A DNA stretch of 64,000 nucleotides from Dimorphilus gyrociliatus (Eukaryota > Animalia > Annelida): the NCBI GenBank assembly GCA_904063045.1, contig CAJFCJ010000007.1, positions 306,819 to 370,818 on the forward strand, written 5' to 3'. Shown in pieces: positions 27,094 through 41,553 of the stretch. Every line of letters begins with the position of its first letter. The first letter of the stretch is position 1. A program made the translations under genes and the position numbers. Below the pieces are notes generated by a model, which had not been told where the DNA came from, made no database searches, and saw nothing but the letters and a program-made list of their open reading frames with translations.

Positions 27094-28346
27094 TCATTTT
27101 CTTATTGGCGATATGCGGCATAGAAAATCTTTAAGGTTGGATATGAAAATTAATCTCTCTGGTAATTCGAACTCGTTTGGTATACAGCCTTGAACATTAC
27201 CCTCAAAGTATTTGACAATGGGATAAAAAACGTCCAGAATTCGCCTCTGCATTGGTAAATTTGAATTACGATTGTTCAAGTTGTCTGCCAAATGATGATA
27301 ATGTAAATACGCTTGAACGGTTATATAAAAGGCCAATAGGACATCAACTGTATAGTGTTCGTGACCTACAATTATCAGTATTATGGCAATGAAACTGGAT
27401 GTCCATAGTATAAAGTGCATTGATCGACAATACTTGGGTGTGTAATCGACAATAAGCATTGTTAAGGATACTAAGGTGACCGTATGGCCGCTAAATATGT
27501 AATCGCCACACGTATATACTCCGTTTCTAACCATACCACCTCTCTCAACTATTATGAAAGCTCTGTAGAGTATATCAGACAGTTTCTGGTATTTATCCTG
27601 CAAATAAAAAGAAAGTACAAAAACGTAAGTTAGACGAAAAGAATAGAATTTAAATTTAATGTCTCTGCCCATTGTATTTTTTTTTTGTCGATAATAAACA
27701 TTCTACTTAAAAAAATACATCTATATACCTTACACATTCTATAACTTGGTCTAGTTCCAGGCAATGAAGTCAAAGTCATAGTAAGGCATCTTAACAGTGT
27801 AATTATGGACAAAATAACCAATATTCTTCTTATTATGCAACATCTGTTAAATAAATTATTGTAAATATAAAAGTCCTACTGTAACAATAAGCAGAGCTTA
27901 GCCTACAGAGTACTCTGTACACGTGAATATGCGTACGATGTATGATATACACAGTAGGCAAGCATCAAGATCAAATATTCTTCTCATTATTGAGTAATAT
28001 AGATATATAAGAAAATATTATTGTATAATACTTATCAAAGAGGAGAAACTTATCTTAAACAAACAAATTTAAAAAAATATGGTACAATATCAAATTCAGC
28101 TGTTTTCTATTATTCTTAAGGTAGGGACCGTTATCGAGTATTGAAAACCCGGATGTTTTTAGCAAGAGTATCAGTTATAACTTGATTTAATTGGCATTGG
28201 ACTTTCAAGTTCAAGGATTAAGGAGAATAATAATTATATTCATGGGAAAGAAACCCTTTAAAAGTAGATGGTTATATTTTAAGCTATCAAGTTGTAAATA
28301 AGTTTCTAGTCTTTCTATCTCTTTGTCTCTCTCTCTCTCTTTCTGT

Positions 28347-28403
<57 letters not shown>

Positions 28404-28810
28404 TCTCTCTTTGTCTTTTTCCTTTTTTGTCTATTTATGATTTCTTGTTCAAATATAACTTTTTCAATAATCGTCTTTTCCAAAAATCGTCGATATATAG
28501 ACAAAAAAGGAGCTTTACGCGGATTTTTAAAGTAACAAGGTCTGTAATTTCTTCAAATATAATGGTAAGTTTGCATGTTTTTTTTTCTTTTGTTTTATGG
28601 AACAACAAAAGAATTCTTTAAACGATCGATCGATGAACAAACTGAATTGAATGGAAACTAAATGATGGGGGAACGTGGTAGGAGGGTAGCTTTCGCATGG
28701 TAAAACGATAGCTTTTCCTCGTCCTTATACCCTCGTTTACCACGTTCTCTAACCCCTATCTCCTTCACCTTTCCTCTTTCAAGTAAAAAAGAACACCTAT
28801 TTACAAATAT

Positions 28811-28845
<35 letters not shown>

Positions 28846-29369
28846 TATATATTGTATGTAATGTATACTAAATAAAGATACTATTTATTGTAACACAATA
28901 TACTAATATTAATATTAATAATATTATTCAGATTTAGATAAGTATATCTTAATTTATTATGAATTTTAAAGTAGTATATTAATTAATACTGTTAACATAA
29001 CTCTAAACATTACCTGTGTTTGTGTAACACTGCGATCAAAATGACCACAACTATAAGTAGCATTAAAATCCCTTCACTGATATCCAAAGCCCATGATCGC
29101 AAGTTAACATTGTCAAGAATAACGTCCGGTAATTGTTTATTTTCTTTCGGCATACGGCTGTGAGCGATGACAGTTGCAATGGCAGTTATGTAATAAGAAA
29201 AGGATATGAGTAAGACTGAGGCGATTAATTTCTTACAATCATTTGGTGGTCGGCAAATAGGTTGTATTTTTGAAAGGTCTTCATCAGATAAATCGACAGC
29301 ATATGACTTTTCTAAAGACATATTTCTTTGTTTAGGATATCGTCGACTGAGGTTTATTGAGCCAAGAAA
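27094..29369 (-). CDS. SMSr: Sphingomyelin synthase family protein, SMSr/SAMD8-like; 5' end possibly incomplete
   Basis: complement(join(27094..27597,27729..27843,29014..29369)). In-frame ATG at 29321 gives 308 aa, but the frame is open back to an acceptor at 29370. Motifs LPDVILD, LHKHR, CGDYIFSGHT and GHEHYTVDV; HKHR and HEHY are SMSr-type rather than SMS1/2-type. Confidence 0.85.
28326..28397. repeat. (CT)n microsatellite within the SMSr intron
   Basis: Directly visible. Confidence 0.92.
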
Positions 29370-32300
29370 CTGATGAAGAGGAAGGGAGAAGCAAAACGGT
29401 ATCGAAGCGAAGAGGAATAACTACTGACTGTGGAAGGGTATATACTGGGAGATAGATAGGATAAAAATGATATATTCTTTCTCTTAAATAATTATAATCC
29501 TTATTATATGTAAAACAAAGAAAGAAAGAATATTTGTTGTCTTTTCTTTTTTGAGATAACCTTGCCTTAAATTAATATTTTAAAGCCGCCTACTAATTAA
29601 ATTGTTCTAGAAAATTAGCCACACCCTCATATTGTTTAGTAAATTTTATTAATATTATATGTATTTTAGAATAACAAGAACTAATTTAAAGTATTGTAAT
29701 TGATAATTCTCCTTCAACTGTTCTCATTTTGTATTTTATACTATTGAAAGAAAATTTAAACTTTGTTTTGATCGCTTAGTATTAACTTGAAGATGCACAC
29801 GGATTATATATACAATAAAAAAAGAGAAACATATGAGGAGACATATGCTGTACAAAAGTCATGTTCTTGGAAGCCAACTTGCGTGTTTTTTTCGTGATTC
29901 GTTATGTACTGAACACCATCAGGTTTTGCAAACTATTTCTACCCAACAATAAAATTTATCATTTTTACCTAAATTGCAATCCATATGTTTTCATGTATCA
30001 TGTAATTTCAAATCAAAGGCAAAATATGATACTTTTGACTATACTCTTAGTTTCTTTTACATTATAGGAGCTTTTTATGCTTTCTCTGCTAATATTCATC
30101 ACTTTTCTCTTGGTATTTATGTTAGTAGAGTTAATGATTAATAAAGAGCTTGAATTTTCTTCCATCATTTTATTTACAAGTTGATAAATTTTACGAATTT
30201 AATTATGGTTATGGATCTCTATACATTTAATTATTACAAAGAATTGAGCTAATATCTCCTGATTCCTTTTAAGTTTACGAACTGCTTTCTAGTAGTATGT
30301 TAATCAAAGTTTATCAGCCAGATGCTTTTGACAATGGATTGAGAGTTCCCTTTTACCCCCTACTCAAACTCGAAAAAGGTAGAGATACTCGAGATTTCAT
30401 TGCCAACATTTTTCTCTTTCTCCCTCAATATGTAAATATGTCTATATATAAATATATATTTATATATACAATATATACAAGTATATATAAAAATATGTGT
30501 CTTTTTCTCTTTCCAGTCGTCTGTTTATCTCCCTCTCTCTCTACCTCTCTGTCTTATACTTTCTCTCTATCTGTCTCTCCCCCTCTATCTCCAGAGTTCT
30601 AATGTTGACTTCCGGTCAACTGCACGTTAAAAGGTTTGGGAAGTAACCGTTTCGAGGGCTTCTTCAACGATTCAGTACTATATTTCCTGTAGAGAATATA
30701 ATATATTATATATGTTAACACTATTTAAACGCAGTATATTTATAAATCTTCGGAAGTTATCAGAGACTATTATTTGCATTGAACAAAATATCATTAGTTA
30801 TTTTTTTCAACAAAGAAACAAGTTGAATTGTTATTACGTAATTCAAAACCATGATTCATACTTTTATTGTTAATGTTTATCTGGGTTTTAAAATTATACT
30901 AAAGCTTATTTTTATAGGGATTTTTTCTTGAAACTGATGAAATCAGTTAACGAGAAACCCATTGATATAATTAACAAATGCATCAGTATAACGTATCACC
31001 GTTTCCACTCTTTAAATTAGCAAATAATATCTTGTTTTTAATGCTTATTTCTATCGTTTAACATATTAAATTGTTATATAGATGTTAAATGAAAAAAAGG
31101 TTGATTTAGCAATGTTTAATACCATAAGTAAAAAGCAAACTGAATAATCATGCTATTGGACTGCTTATCGATCAAGTTGGAAAAGAAGCGAGAAAAAAGT
31201 TCGATTTATCTCTGGCAAACAGAAAACTTCGAATATTTCGATCATTTCGAATGAGAGCCCTGGAGATTATAGGCCAAGTTAGTTTGATAGTTTGTGAACT
31301 TATAAAGAACAGATAAGAGATGTTAATAATTAATTTCATGAACATCACGTAAAGTCTACAACTTATTTTATCTTATATTTCTCTTATCGGCTAAGAATCT
31401 GTGAGCGTTTACTTTATGGAATAATAAGCAATCGATAATTGCTTAGATTGCAGGTCTTTTCGTTTTCATACAGCTTTTTCCTAGAATTATAGGATACATA
31501 AGTCAAGTGCAGTGGACAAGTACATCTTAAAATTTCAGATATATATTTTGAGAATCATCATCTGGTGAAATTTGCAAGTGTAAGAAATCAGATAAAACAG
31601 GTATACACTCATGTGAATAAATGCGCTCAAGTGAACACGTGTCTGTACATATCGCATTTTATAATACATAAAATTTTAGGATTCATGAAGGTCAGTTGCA
31701 CTACGAAAAGATCCAGTTCGTAAACTCTCTAAAGAAGGATGTGATTTATTCACAAGGCGTACGTAATTGTCTCGATGTGACCCAATTTGCAAAAGGATAT
31801 TGAGAACAAGCTATATTCGTCCACTGAAGGACTTGCGTTGAAGTTAAAGCAAACTAGTTTCATTGAACTTTTTCTTTATAAAAATTATATTGAGCAAAAT
31901 CTACTGTTTTCCGAATTGGTTCCCCCTTTAAAGAGTTAATATATTAAAAAGGTTTCCTTTTTAAAAGGAAAGAGAAACCGGAATGATACGACTAATGGTA
32001 AAATGTAGTTAACGTAATTAAATTACAAGTTCATCACACGTCGCAAGGTTATCATTGGGAAAAAATCTCCTAACGGATGGTCATCACGTAGAACATTCAA
32101 AATCGTAAATACACCTTCTCCATTCTTTTCCTTAACAAACGTACATAACGAAAAAGGAGTTCTGTGTATAAACTTAAAGGTTTTTCGTTCCTCTGATAAA
32201 AATCTTCGGTGATAAAGAGTCCCTATGTGAATATCAAGAAGAACGATATCATATGGATGAGTTACAATTCTTGATAATAATACGTTCTAAAATGGCACGA

Positions 32301-35300
32301 ATGGATCTGGAAATGAAATCGCGAATGTTTAGCAGATTTAGCACACTTGACTGGCATCTTACGAAATTTTTACTTTTCAAATCTTATTTTGTAAATGAAT
32401 TTTGTTGGTGAATTTCCATCCATAATTTCTTATTTACAACAACAAAATAGTCAATTGAGTATGGAGTAGATATTTTTCTCCCTGCTCTCTCATCTTTAAA
32501 CAATAGCATATTTATCATGTTAATTCCTCTCCAACAATTCGTAGAAATCAGAAAGTTTCTCCTAACTTATAAGACAGATGGCGTCTTTCTACAGTACTGC
32601 TGCTATTAGAATTGATATTTTAAATGTCGCAGAACAATATATTTAGCAAGAGAAAGTTACTCATCAATTTACAGATTTTCCTTCTGAATGAGCTTGATTA
32701 ATTAGACCATTTATTATATTTACATATGAATAATTACTAATATCTTATTTATAATAAATTCCCTAAAATACGGTTATCTTTCTATTTCTTCTCCCTCTAA
32801 AGAGTAAAGATAAACAGACTAAATATTATTATTCCATTAAAAACAGTATGACAACAACTGAAAATTCGTTGAATTCTATATAAAAGACAATATATGCTTA
32901 CAAATTTTTAGGGAATTTAATTAAAAGTTCTTCTTAGTATAAAATGTAAAATAAAAAACAGATCCGGAAGTCAAGACTTCATAGGAAAAAAATCAGTAAG
33001 AATATAAGATTACTATAGAAAAGAATGTGAAGTTTAGAAATGAAAGGAATTTTTATTTTATAAAGCCTGTATATTCTATTGATTATCGAAGAAAAATGAT
33101 TGTTATCCCATGGTACACTCTCATAGAATAAAATTTAACTTGGTATAACTAGAATAGACCTGTGAGAAATCGTGATTAGATGACTTGAGGGATAGATGTA
33201 TAATATTTTGAAATGCTTCGTATGTGAGTTTGTCTAATTAGATTATCTTTGTTATTTCATTGATTTTCAAATGCGTGTCTGAGGGAAGAAGAATAGAGAG
33301 AGAGGACTCTGAAAATAGTGACAAGTGATAAGTAAAAGTATAAATTTGTGTTGGCACGGTTTGAAGAGAGAAGGGAATCCGATCAAGAGAGAAGAAAAGA
33401 GAGCCATACTACTCTTAGCACTGCTAATGCATGTGACTTTAAAGAGCTTGGCACTAGAATATTATGTTTGTTGTCTCTTAACTAATCGATAATGAACTAT
33501 AATAGAAATCGTAATTATTTTCAATTATTTGAAACGAGAGGATTATTCATTAGTTTTAAAAGTATCTATTACCGTATTTAATTAAATAGTAGTATATATT
33601 TTGTATCTTGTATTTTCTATGGTTGGCTACTCTTTACGAGAGTGGAATGAATGATCGATTAGATAGATCTAGTTGTAGACATGAAGGTAGACAAAATCAT
33701 ATAGTAATTACTCCTTTTAAATAGGACTCAATGCCTTTTTATAATTTTTGTAGTAAAAAAAAAGAAACCAAATAGTTAAATCAAACAATTAGCGAACCGG
33801 ATAGAGGGCGAAATAAAATCGGAAAGATTTACATAATGCCAAGTTAAGCTTGGAAGGGCTAAAAAGGTTAGATGTTTATTACCAGGTCTCTCTGTAGTAT
33901 CGTTGGAAAACTTTTGGGACTTTATGTCAAACTGCCCCCTTTTGATTGAGAGTCTTCCTTCTCTTTTGAATATATAATAATTACATCATTGAAAACTAGC
34001 AAGTTTGACCATGTTTTTGAAAAACTCTTCAGCTTCAAGTCCATCAGACGGTAATTAAAATCTAAAAGCTTTTTTTATATAGAGAGGAGACAAGAACAAT
34101 CCAAGCCTGTGGAGATGTTATCTACTTTAAAGTCAATTACGACGCTGAATAGATCTCAAATGAGGAAGAGATGGAACGAGGTAAAAATAAATGCCAACTA
34201 TTACAAAATGACAAAATGCTGTATACATATACAGTATATACTAATATTTGGAAGGAAACTGAATATAATATGTTTTAGACAAAAAACAACTGAATCAATA
34301 TAATTGGGTTTCATTCAGCTGTATTTACTAATTTATTTATGAATGGCAATTTCATCTAATAAGCAAGACTAAGTTGTAGGCCTCTACGTGTTTAATATCC
34401 TTAAGATGGGCTCAAGTTATATTGAACAAAATTCTATTCATGAACTTAATTTACTATTTTTAATTAAATTACTTGTTGATCATCGCAAATTCTATTTTCA
34501 AACTATAACATTACATCTACATTGAAATTTATTTGTTTAGTCTTTTTTAATAAAGTTAATAACGTTTATCCAAACTACTAACTACTAAATGTCTATCCTG
34601 CCAATTTAGGATTAATTTAAGCATTTCAGATAATCTCTGATCAAATTTCGTTGAGATTTAATAATTAAATTGGCGTCAGTCACCAAAATAAGTGCAATTA
34701 TTTACAGAAAATATACGAATAAACTCCTTCACAAATTGATCTTTTGTATGTTTCTCTTAAAGAGATCTTTATTCTGCATTCATCATTTGAATGACACTCT
34801 ATTCTTAATAGAGCATTAAAACTTAAAAACAAAGAAAAGCAATTGTATCTAATATGTAATTTTATGTCCGTAGAAATTGAGTAATGAATAATTTTTGATT
34901 GTTAGTAAATTTTGAACAATGCACGAATAAGATTTCAATTTAAAATGAAAGATAAAACTCTATTTTTTAAAGAATTGATATTTTTTTAAACAAAATTTTC
35001 AAAAACCTTTCTATAATTTCAAATTAATCATATCAGTAACCAAAATTCAATATATACTGGAATTGATTTGCTCTTTTAGATGGCTAGACGTTTTTTAAAA
35101 AGAATTTAAACTTTTTAAATCTATTGCTAGTAGGAGTTAATCAATTTTTTAATCGTGAATATTTAATTAAAAGTTCAAGAGGCAAATAAATAGCGATATG
35201 ACTCTGATTTGTCGTGGCGTTCTTTTTTTCTTCTTTCCCTCTCTCACATTCTCTCATTGTTGCTTCTTCTTGCTGTCTGGTTTGGACTGTACTATAATTA

Positions 35301-36804
35301 CCAAAAGAATCAACTTCGTCAGGCACTAAAAGCTGAGGTTGAAAGCTCACTTCTTCTGAGACGAAAAATGAAACCGATTATATAAATCATCGATCTTGAA
35401 ATTACCAGATATTGTCAAGTCTCTTTAAACAGAGATGACCATTAACGACCGATAGATGGAGTTAGTGGAAGCGTCCAATTTGCCATTTCTGCAGTCCTGT
35501 CTGTTCATCAAGGTGAGTGTCATTAGAAGCACCCTTGTTTAGATTCAGCGTCTAAACTTTCAAAGAGGTCAGTACATGTGAACAAGCTTCGATGCTAAAA
35601 ATGACATTTTTTGGGGTAAAAGTGTTGAAATATATCTAAAATAGCTTAATCTTTAGTCCTTCTTGTCTTCGTGAATCACTTCCTCCCCTGTAACATACAG
35701 TATATACGCATAAAAATACTTATTTCTTTGTGGAGTTTATATAACTAAAGGAACCTTTTAGATAGAAAAGAAGGAAAGATAGGTAAGAGGGTATTAATGC
35801 CGGTCTTCGTAATTTATCAATTGCTTTTCACATATAGGTTCTGTTTAGATTACGTTTTTTCTATGCATACAGCAAAAAGAGATATTCCCCTGGGAAGACG
35901 ATCGATGAATTGCTACTTTTTACTGTTCTTTTTCTCATCCAAAATCTTTATCGAAGCTACTAAGCATCGGCATGAAAGATACAAACAAACAAGCTGGAAG
36001 CTTCGTAAAGAAAGATCTTTTACCAGTCATTAGTAAGTTAATATTAAACTATTTTTCTACATTGCTTGCTACCAATTTAAAGTATAAAAAATAGGTTAGA
36101 CAATAGTAAAATAACGTTATTTTTCTTCAAAAAAGAGAACACTAACACAATACTATGAAAATGCTAAATACAGAACATCCCATACAATCGAAAATAGTAG
36201 GAATACTAAAGTAGTAATATTCGCTATTCCCCCTTTACTGTGGGGTTTTTCATTATTCTTGTATTATGAATTATATCCGAAAAGACCTTTTTTGATGTTA
36301 GGCATGAGCAACACCTTAAACAAATGAAGCTAAAATTACATCTAACCGCATACGATTTTTATGATAATTACATTTACCTTAAATAAATAGTATATAATTA
36401 GTTTTAATTGACTTTTTCAGATAGGCTTATGTCATAACCAGTTTAGATGTAATATACTTTGAAAAACTTCATATACGGATCATGATATTTAAGCTTATAT
36501 TCTTTTTTTGATGGTTTTTGATGGACCTAGCATGTCCTTTGAAAGTACTCTTTTCTGCTGGAAGGCTTTAAATCATAAACTCTTAGGAGCTTAGAAAGGA
36601 GAAAAAAGTTTTTGAAACAATAGTTGCAGATGAGCAGTGTGACCTATAAAATTGACTTAAATATCTGATACAAGTTAGCTAATTAGCAAGCATAATACGC
36701 TATATGTTGCAGGTAATGTAGGAAGCGCAAATTTATATACTTAATATAAACATATTTTTCTTTATATTTAGTGTTAATTTAAGGTCTTTTTTTGACTTTC
36801 TTAG

Positions 36805-39317
36805 TCCATCTGGAACTCGTGAAAAGGATGATTTTTCAACACTGTCCAGTGAAAGCCGACTGATACACTATCTTCTAAATAAATATGCACAAGCTGGTAA
36901 TATGGCTCGTCCAGTCTTCAACTCTTCCAGAGCGGTTGATGTACAATTTGCGATGACTTTGGTTCAATTATTAGACTTTGACGAAACTAAACAACTGCTT
37001 ATTACTAGTGTTTGGAAGAGCTATGTAAATATATTATTAACTGCTTTAGTGTTAATTGTCTTAATACCTTTGTTTGCGTAGCAATGGATTGACGAAAACT
37101 TAAGCTGGAATCCTGCTGATTATGACGGCTTGGAAGACATCAGATTACCTCCCAGCATTACATGGACACCCGATATTGTACTTTATAATAAGTAATAATT
37201 GCGTTTTTATGCTTTAAAGATAATACTGATTAAGAGGTAGTTATTTACCCTACTCTTTGTTAATAGTGCTGATGAACAATATAACCGTGAAATTCATCAT
37301 GAATTACTTGCTGTCATGCATAATGGACTTGTAAAATGGATTCCGTCTGCCATTTATAGGTCCTCCTGTCCTGTTAACATGGCAAATTTTCCTTTTGATG
37401 TTCAAACTTGTGAGTATTTACTTGTTTAATTATCTTAAATCATAAATATTTACACAAATCTTTAATCTTTAATACCCTTCAGCGAGTAAAAAAACAGGGA
37501 CAAGTTCTAATAAATAACAGTTATAACACGATAGGGAACCATTCTCTAATAAATATTTTATAGAATTGACAAAATTTAAAGGGCAAGTTTTACAAGATTG
37601 ACTCTTTGTACTCTGAAAAATCCAATTTCTAGGGGTAATCAACTACGGATTATAAAAAAGTTGTATATTTGAATAATTAGTTTTTCAATACACAGATTAA
37701 ATTTAAGTTATTAATTTTTATTCTTGCTCAAGCCAAAGCAAAAGTTCAAAAAGCTCTATGATAAACGTTTGAAGAATCAGATATTTTGTCCTAGATTACA
37801 GACGTCATAAAAGATTCTCAGCAAGTCTAAAAATTTTCTTTGCTAAACAATTTAAAATATATAAGAAATTAGCTAAATTACATTTTAAATTAATTAGCTA
37901 ATTAGCTTATATAGTTTAGGTGAGGAGATAAGAGGGAGGGTTGGAAGAGAGAGAGGAGAAAGGTGAGGAAATAGATAGCTACAAGGAGAAAGCATGATAG
38001 AGAAGCGGAGTAAGGTTACAGAAGCAAGATAGAAATATTAGTATCGTCTTCTGGCAAAGTCGATGTCTAATTAAGAAAAAACAAACAAAATTTTAAACTG
38101 ATGTTGTTTTCTATTTCTTCTGTAGGTCATTTTAAATTCGGCTCTTGGACATACGATGGCAATAAACTAAATTTACACTTCCTCAATTCAACTGGACCCA
38201 ATATCGATTTGAGAGAGTATGTAAATAGTAGCGAATGGGATATGCTATCGTGTGAAGCGAAAAGGTCAATTCGCTACTATCCCTGCTGCGGTAAATATTA
38301 CATCACATTCTCTATTCCTTAGTGAAAATATACAAAATATTATATAAAATTAATATCGAATCAAATTATTCCAACATGGATATTGACTATTAATCCCTTG
38401 TTTTTCTTTAACATCGCACATTTTATAGGAAGCGATCCCTATCCTGAATTAATCTATTCGGTGACTGTCCGACGTAGAACTGCTTTCTATATAGTCGTTC
38501 TTATTCTACCCTGCATTCTACTTTCGTGCCTAACGGTCGTTATGTTTTGGTTTCCTCCGCAAAGGCCAGATCGAACTGGATTAGGTAGTGTAATAAAAGT
38601 TGTTTAACCAATTGAAGGAAGTTAATGAATAAAAGACTATTTTCAGGAATGAGCTTGTTTTCGAGCTTTTTCGTACTGTTGTTGATCTTGGTACAAAGTT
38701 CACCACCGACTTCAGCATCTATATCACTGTTAGGTATAATAATAGTCTTAATGTGAATAAAAAACTAACAAAATCCAAATACTCCAAACACAAGGTATAT
38801 ATTACTGCATCAATATGATACTAATCGCACTATCAACTATTTTATCCGCTGTCGTCATCAATTTAAATAAGCATAAAAATACCGAAATAGTTCTTCCTAA
38901 ATGCTTACAAACGGTAAGGCAAGAATAAAATTGAAGTAAATCTCTCACTTTCTCTTCCTTCCCATACTTTAACATGCCTCATTTATTGAACTAATTAAAC
39001 CTAACATTTCAACGTTTCTATCATTCGCCCTTAAAGCAGTCGTGGACTAAAAAATGGAAGCGTGCTAATGGTGAATTAGAGAACAATACAAAACCCTCTC
39101 CGACTATTTGTGATCAGCCACTAGATGGATCTGTAAGTGGTGTAAAAACTCAGGTTGTTCACATCAAGTAAGTTAATAAAAGATCGTAAATTCACCCATC
39201 ATGGAAAATAATTCATGTTACAGGTTAAAAACCGTTGCAACTTTTTTGGACAGAGTTTTCTTTATCGTCTATATTTTTGTAATCTTCCTTGCTGCGTTCT
39301 TCCTCTTCCCTCATTAG
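36805..39317 (+). CDS. Nicotinic acetylcholine receptor alpha-type subunit; signal-peptide exon not located
   Basis: join(<36805..37024,37082..37191,37267..37409,38126..38290,38429..38584,38647..38733,38795..38913,39037..39167,39224..39317). WTPDIVLYN, Cys-loop [23 protein letters not shown], loop C YYPCC, M1-M3, and M4 preceded by VATFLDR. Confidence 0.92.
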
Positions 39318-39446
39318 TAGATAAATCAACGATCTATTTTTATCTGACTAAACGTTGTAAAGAGTTTTACATTCAATACACCAGACTTTTTAATTATAAG
39401 GAAATACTAAATTGGTTTCTGAGAGCATACACATGAAGAGCATTTA

Positions 39447-39470
39447 ATATACAGTATATATACTGTATAT
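39447..39470. repeat. 24-bp perfect palindrome ATATACAGTATATATACTGTATAT containing TACAGTA and TACTGTA
   Basis: Directly visible; one of a dispersed set of TACAGTA/TACTGTA motifs (see findings). Confidence 0.8.
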
Positions 39471-40515
39471 ATGAGTGTAACATGACAGATTTAGGCGGTA
39501 ATAGTTTCAGACTAATATACCTTGCGTAAATAAAAGATGCAAGTTTAGGCTTCTGATACTGATTCTCATCATCGCTTCCTTCGGCTTATAAGCTGTTACG
39601 TAATCTCATCTTGGCGTGGAAATCTGATTCGCTTTCCCGTGTTTTAAAGATTCTACTAAATATCATGCTATATTAAGTTATCATTTTTGTCAAAGTTTTC
39701 GTAACTATCATACGTTTCATTCACTATACAAAACCCTAACCAATTTTAATGATATAGGCAGGATATAGAGAGAGGAGAAAGATGTAAGCAGGGTACAACT
39801 ACATTTACAATGTCAATATATTACTAGAGATTAATTCTTATAAAATTTATATCAAAAGACTCAACTGCGAACTATAATTTAGCATTAAAAAATTATAAGA
39901 TATATTTTTTATCCTTTGAATAGAACGTAAAATAGAGACAAAAGCTTCATTTATTAGCCAGTTTTACCTTCTTTTTATTTCATTCAAGTTATTGTTTAAA
40001 ATATTTGCTTCAACAATACATAAAAAACTTAATATATGTTAGTCACAAAAAAATCAAAGATAAATAACCGGTTGATTACAGCAGCAACTAATTAACATGC
40101 ACAGTTCGAATAAGGTATCGAAGCGACACCTCGCGTTTTACACATCGCCATTCGTATCGAATTGACGGTATAATATATAAATGTCCAACTCGATGACATT
40201 TCGACTTTATTTAGCTTTAGGAACGGAAGTTGGAAGATATTGGTAGATGGAAGGTTCAATATTCATTTTACTAATTATCTACATGTTATCAGTCCAATCA
40301 ATGGGGTGAGTAGCCGAGTTATTTTTACATTATGCAATCAAAACAAACGAGCGTCCTTTTCTTTTTTATTGTCTAATTTTTTATTTCGTAGGGGCAGATT
40401 TGTAATTATAGAGCATCAGTAATTTCTATATCTATAGTACAAAAAATGTCATGATTAATTAGAGTTAAACATGTCAGATCTAATTTAAAAGGGGAATTTA
40501 CACGTATTTTAAACA

Positions 40516-41553
40516 TCACGATTTCTTTCCCAGTGAGTTGTAAGACTCCTCTTTTATTGGTGGTGGAACTTTAGGTAACAGTCTTTGCTTTGGTAGCGCA
40601 TCCAGTTTGGGAGTATCATCTAGTACTCCGCTTTCGTAAGGTTGCGGATCAATAGGCCACATTTCTATAGAGTCTACTTCGGAAGCTTCACAATTCAAGT
40701 GTAAAATAGTTTCTTCTCCATTTGAATGTTTGATTCTCATACTAGTTCGACTAACGTTGGAGCTCAATGATTCCTTTGATCTAACTCTGATAATAGGTTT
40801 ACTGGTATCGCCATTGACTCTCTGCTGATCATTTAGATGCGTGTTTTCACTAAAGTCAGAGTCATTTCTTCTTCTCCTAAAAAGCAAATATCTACTGAAT
40901 AGGGATCATCATTTTACTAAATAACGCCTAACCTTTTGAGATATATAACACCAAATATGACAGCTAATACGATGACCAAAAGCGTAATGACGCATATTAC
41001 GATAATAGTAACTATTTTAAAGGAAAATTAAATTATTATATTCCACGTAATTCATAAAGAATATTAAAAAATGTATTACTCATTTTTCTGCTACTCTTCC
41101 CATCAGTTTTACCATCGGTTGGTATAATAATAGTTGTTGTTTTATCAGGATTCTTGCTATAATATTTAGGTAGCAAACTAATAGGATCTTCAGATATTTC
41201 CCTCAAAGATGGTGAGCTAAGTATCCTTTCAACTGTAATAGACCCATAAAGCCATTCGCATCCGACCAACATTATAGTAACGTTGTTTTGAGTGCTATTT
41301 TTCAGTTCTACATTCCCAAATATAGCATCGTTTCTCTTAGAAAATAAGATTTTTATCTGCTGTCCATTTAATGTGCCATATTTGCAATTTTGATTGAAAC
41401 CCAAGCCAGATTTCAAGTGAACTTTTATACTTAAGCGAATATGATTAAGTTTAAATTTTAGACATACAGAAGAGATGTTAACTTTCGGTACTATATTATA
41501 TGTTCCTTCATTTATATCAAAACACGGTAAATCCTCTCTTTCTAAAACCTTGG
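40516..41553 (-). CDS. Orphan single-pass (type I-like) membrane protein; 5' exon not located
   Basis: complement(join(40516..40891,40933..41011,41113..>41553)), frame-consistent, ~297 aa. Ectodomain of ~145 aa with N-glycosylation sequons (NIS, NST, NVT); hydrophobic exon TIIVICVITLLVIVLAVIFGVIYL followed by a basic stop-transfer segment; ~125-aa Ser/Pro-rich tail. Confidence 0.75.
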
